Source of the DNA: Octopus sinensis
Taxonomy: Eukaryota
DNA: 64,000 bases
NCBI RefSeq assembly: GCF_006345805.1
Contig: NC_043021.1
Coordinates: 16,802,001 to 16,866,000, forward strand
Direction: 5' to 3'
The translations under genes and the position numbers were made by a program. Shown here one piece after another: positions 62,701 to 64,000 of the stretch. The notes under the pieces are model-generated. The model was not told the origin of the DNA and searched no databases. It worked only from the letters and a program-made list of their open reading frames with translations. Position 1 is the first letter of the stretch. Each line of letters starts with the position of its first letter.

Positions 62701-63368
62701 AGGAAGAATGAAATTAGGAAATAGAATGGGGATAGTGGAGGGGTTAGTTAAGGTGTGTAAATATAATTTCTAGACCTTAAGTTTTGTTGACTAAACTTAA
62801 AAGAAGCAAAATGTGATTTGCATTTTTTTAAATTTTCATTCTTTCCTTTTCTATAATTTTTACAAACATCCAAATTAATGCAAATATGTCTTTTATATCA
62901 AACAGAAAATAAGTTTAAAAGAAACCCCTAAGTTTCGTTGTTGTCTCGTAAAATATTAAACGGTACAAAGAAAGGAGACCTTTAGACGGCACGGTAGAAT
63001 ATTTTTTTAAAACGTTGGTTGAGGTGGAGTTATTTTACTTGAAGTTGTTTAACTTTATATTTTATATTATTTTGGGGGATTTTTGCTTCTTTTTCGAATT
63101 AAAATTCATAAAATTTGTGTGTGAAGCCTTTCGTTTTCGAAGAAATGATTTGCTATTAATTAATTTATTGAAAAATATTATGAAGAAAAATGTTTTCATT
63201 ATCAGCTCATAATTAAGTGGACCAAAGTTGGGATAAAAATTTAAATTATTTGATTGATTTTTTTTCTTCTTTTTCTTCATTTATTAAATATTTCACGAGT
63301 TACATTTGGGTTTCGTGTGTGAAACTTAAGGGTTACCTTATAAGAGAAACTGAAAATGCCTCAAGAAA

Positions 63369-63445
<77 letters not shown>

Positions 63446-63484
63446 AGTGTAATACACACAAACACACATGCGTGTACATGTGTG

Positions 63485-63540
<56 letters not shown>

Positions 63541-64000
63541 CAGATAGACAGATAGACAGACAGACAGACAGATACATACATACATACATACATACATACA
63601 TACATACATACATACATACGTACGTACGTACGTACGTACAGATGCGTATTTGTGTACATGCGTGTAAATACGTAATGCTGGTGTGTGTTGGTGTTGAGGC
63701 ACGTGGCTTGCTGGTTACAGTTATAGAGTTACGATCACTAGGTTGTGAGTTCGATACTCAGGTTAGGGAAACCAAATGAGTACCAGGGGTAGGGCAGTGA
63801 AAAAATTTATTCTATGATTGACGGGCGTCCGTTCAGAAGCGAAGAGTATCTTGTAGCTTCCATTGCCTCACAAATCCAAATAAACACCAGGTTTGTAGGT
63901 TCAATCCAGTTTTTAACTTTATATGCATGTCTAGGAGAGTGTGTGCTTCATAGATCGATACATGAATGCATTTTGATATATGTATTGATAGATCAATATG

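Noticed and set aside
6851-63702. Many long ORFs rich in YI, CV, HT, LS, MYVC, poly-P/H/D/G
   Set aside because: They are translations of di-, tri- and tetranucleotide microsatellites, open in several frames, with no domain signature.

Overview
This is an AT-rich, microsatellite-saturated animal genomic window with a 100-N scaffold gap. Its tRNA-derived SINE families look like those of octopus (inferred from repeat content, not proven). Only one host coding exon is well supported: the first coding exon of a minus-strand Rho-family small GTPase (61551-61704). It has a GTAAGT donor and a RhoH/Rnd-like Gly12->Ser P-loop (GDSAIGKS). I found no exon 2, so most of the window may be one very long intron. 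The rest is a dense record of mobile elements: four SINE families (my labels A-D); LINE fragments of CR1-group, RTE, RTE-X-like and restriction-like-endonuclease types; mariner remnants; a non-autonomous Helitron; a GGATC...GATCC MITE family with 8-bp target duplications, including 50-bp and 33-bp copies; and long palindromes and Penelope-type ends carrying hammerhead-like motifs. Nearly all long ORFs in the supplied track are microsatellite translation artefacts. All alignments and folds were done by eye. Repeat boundaries are approximate unless a TSD is quoted.
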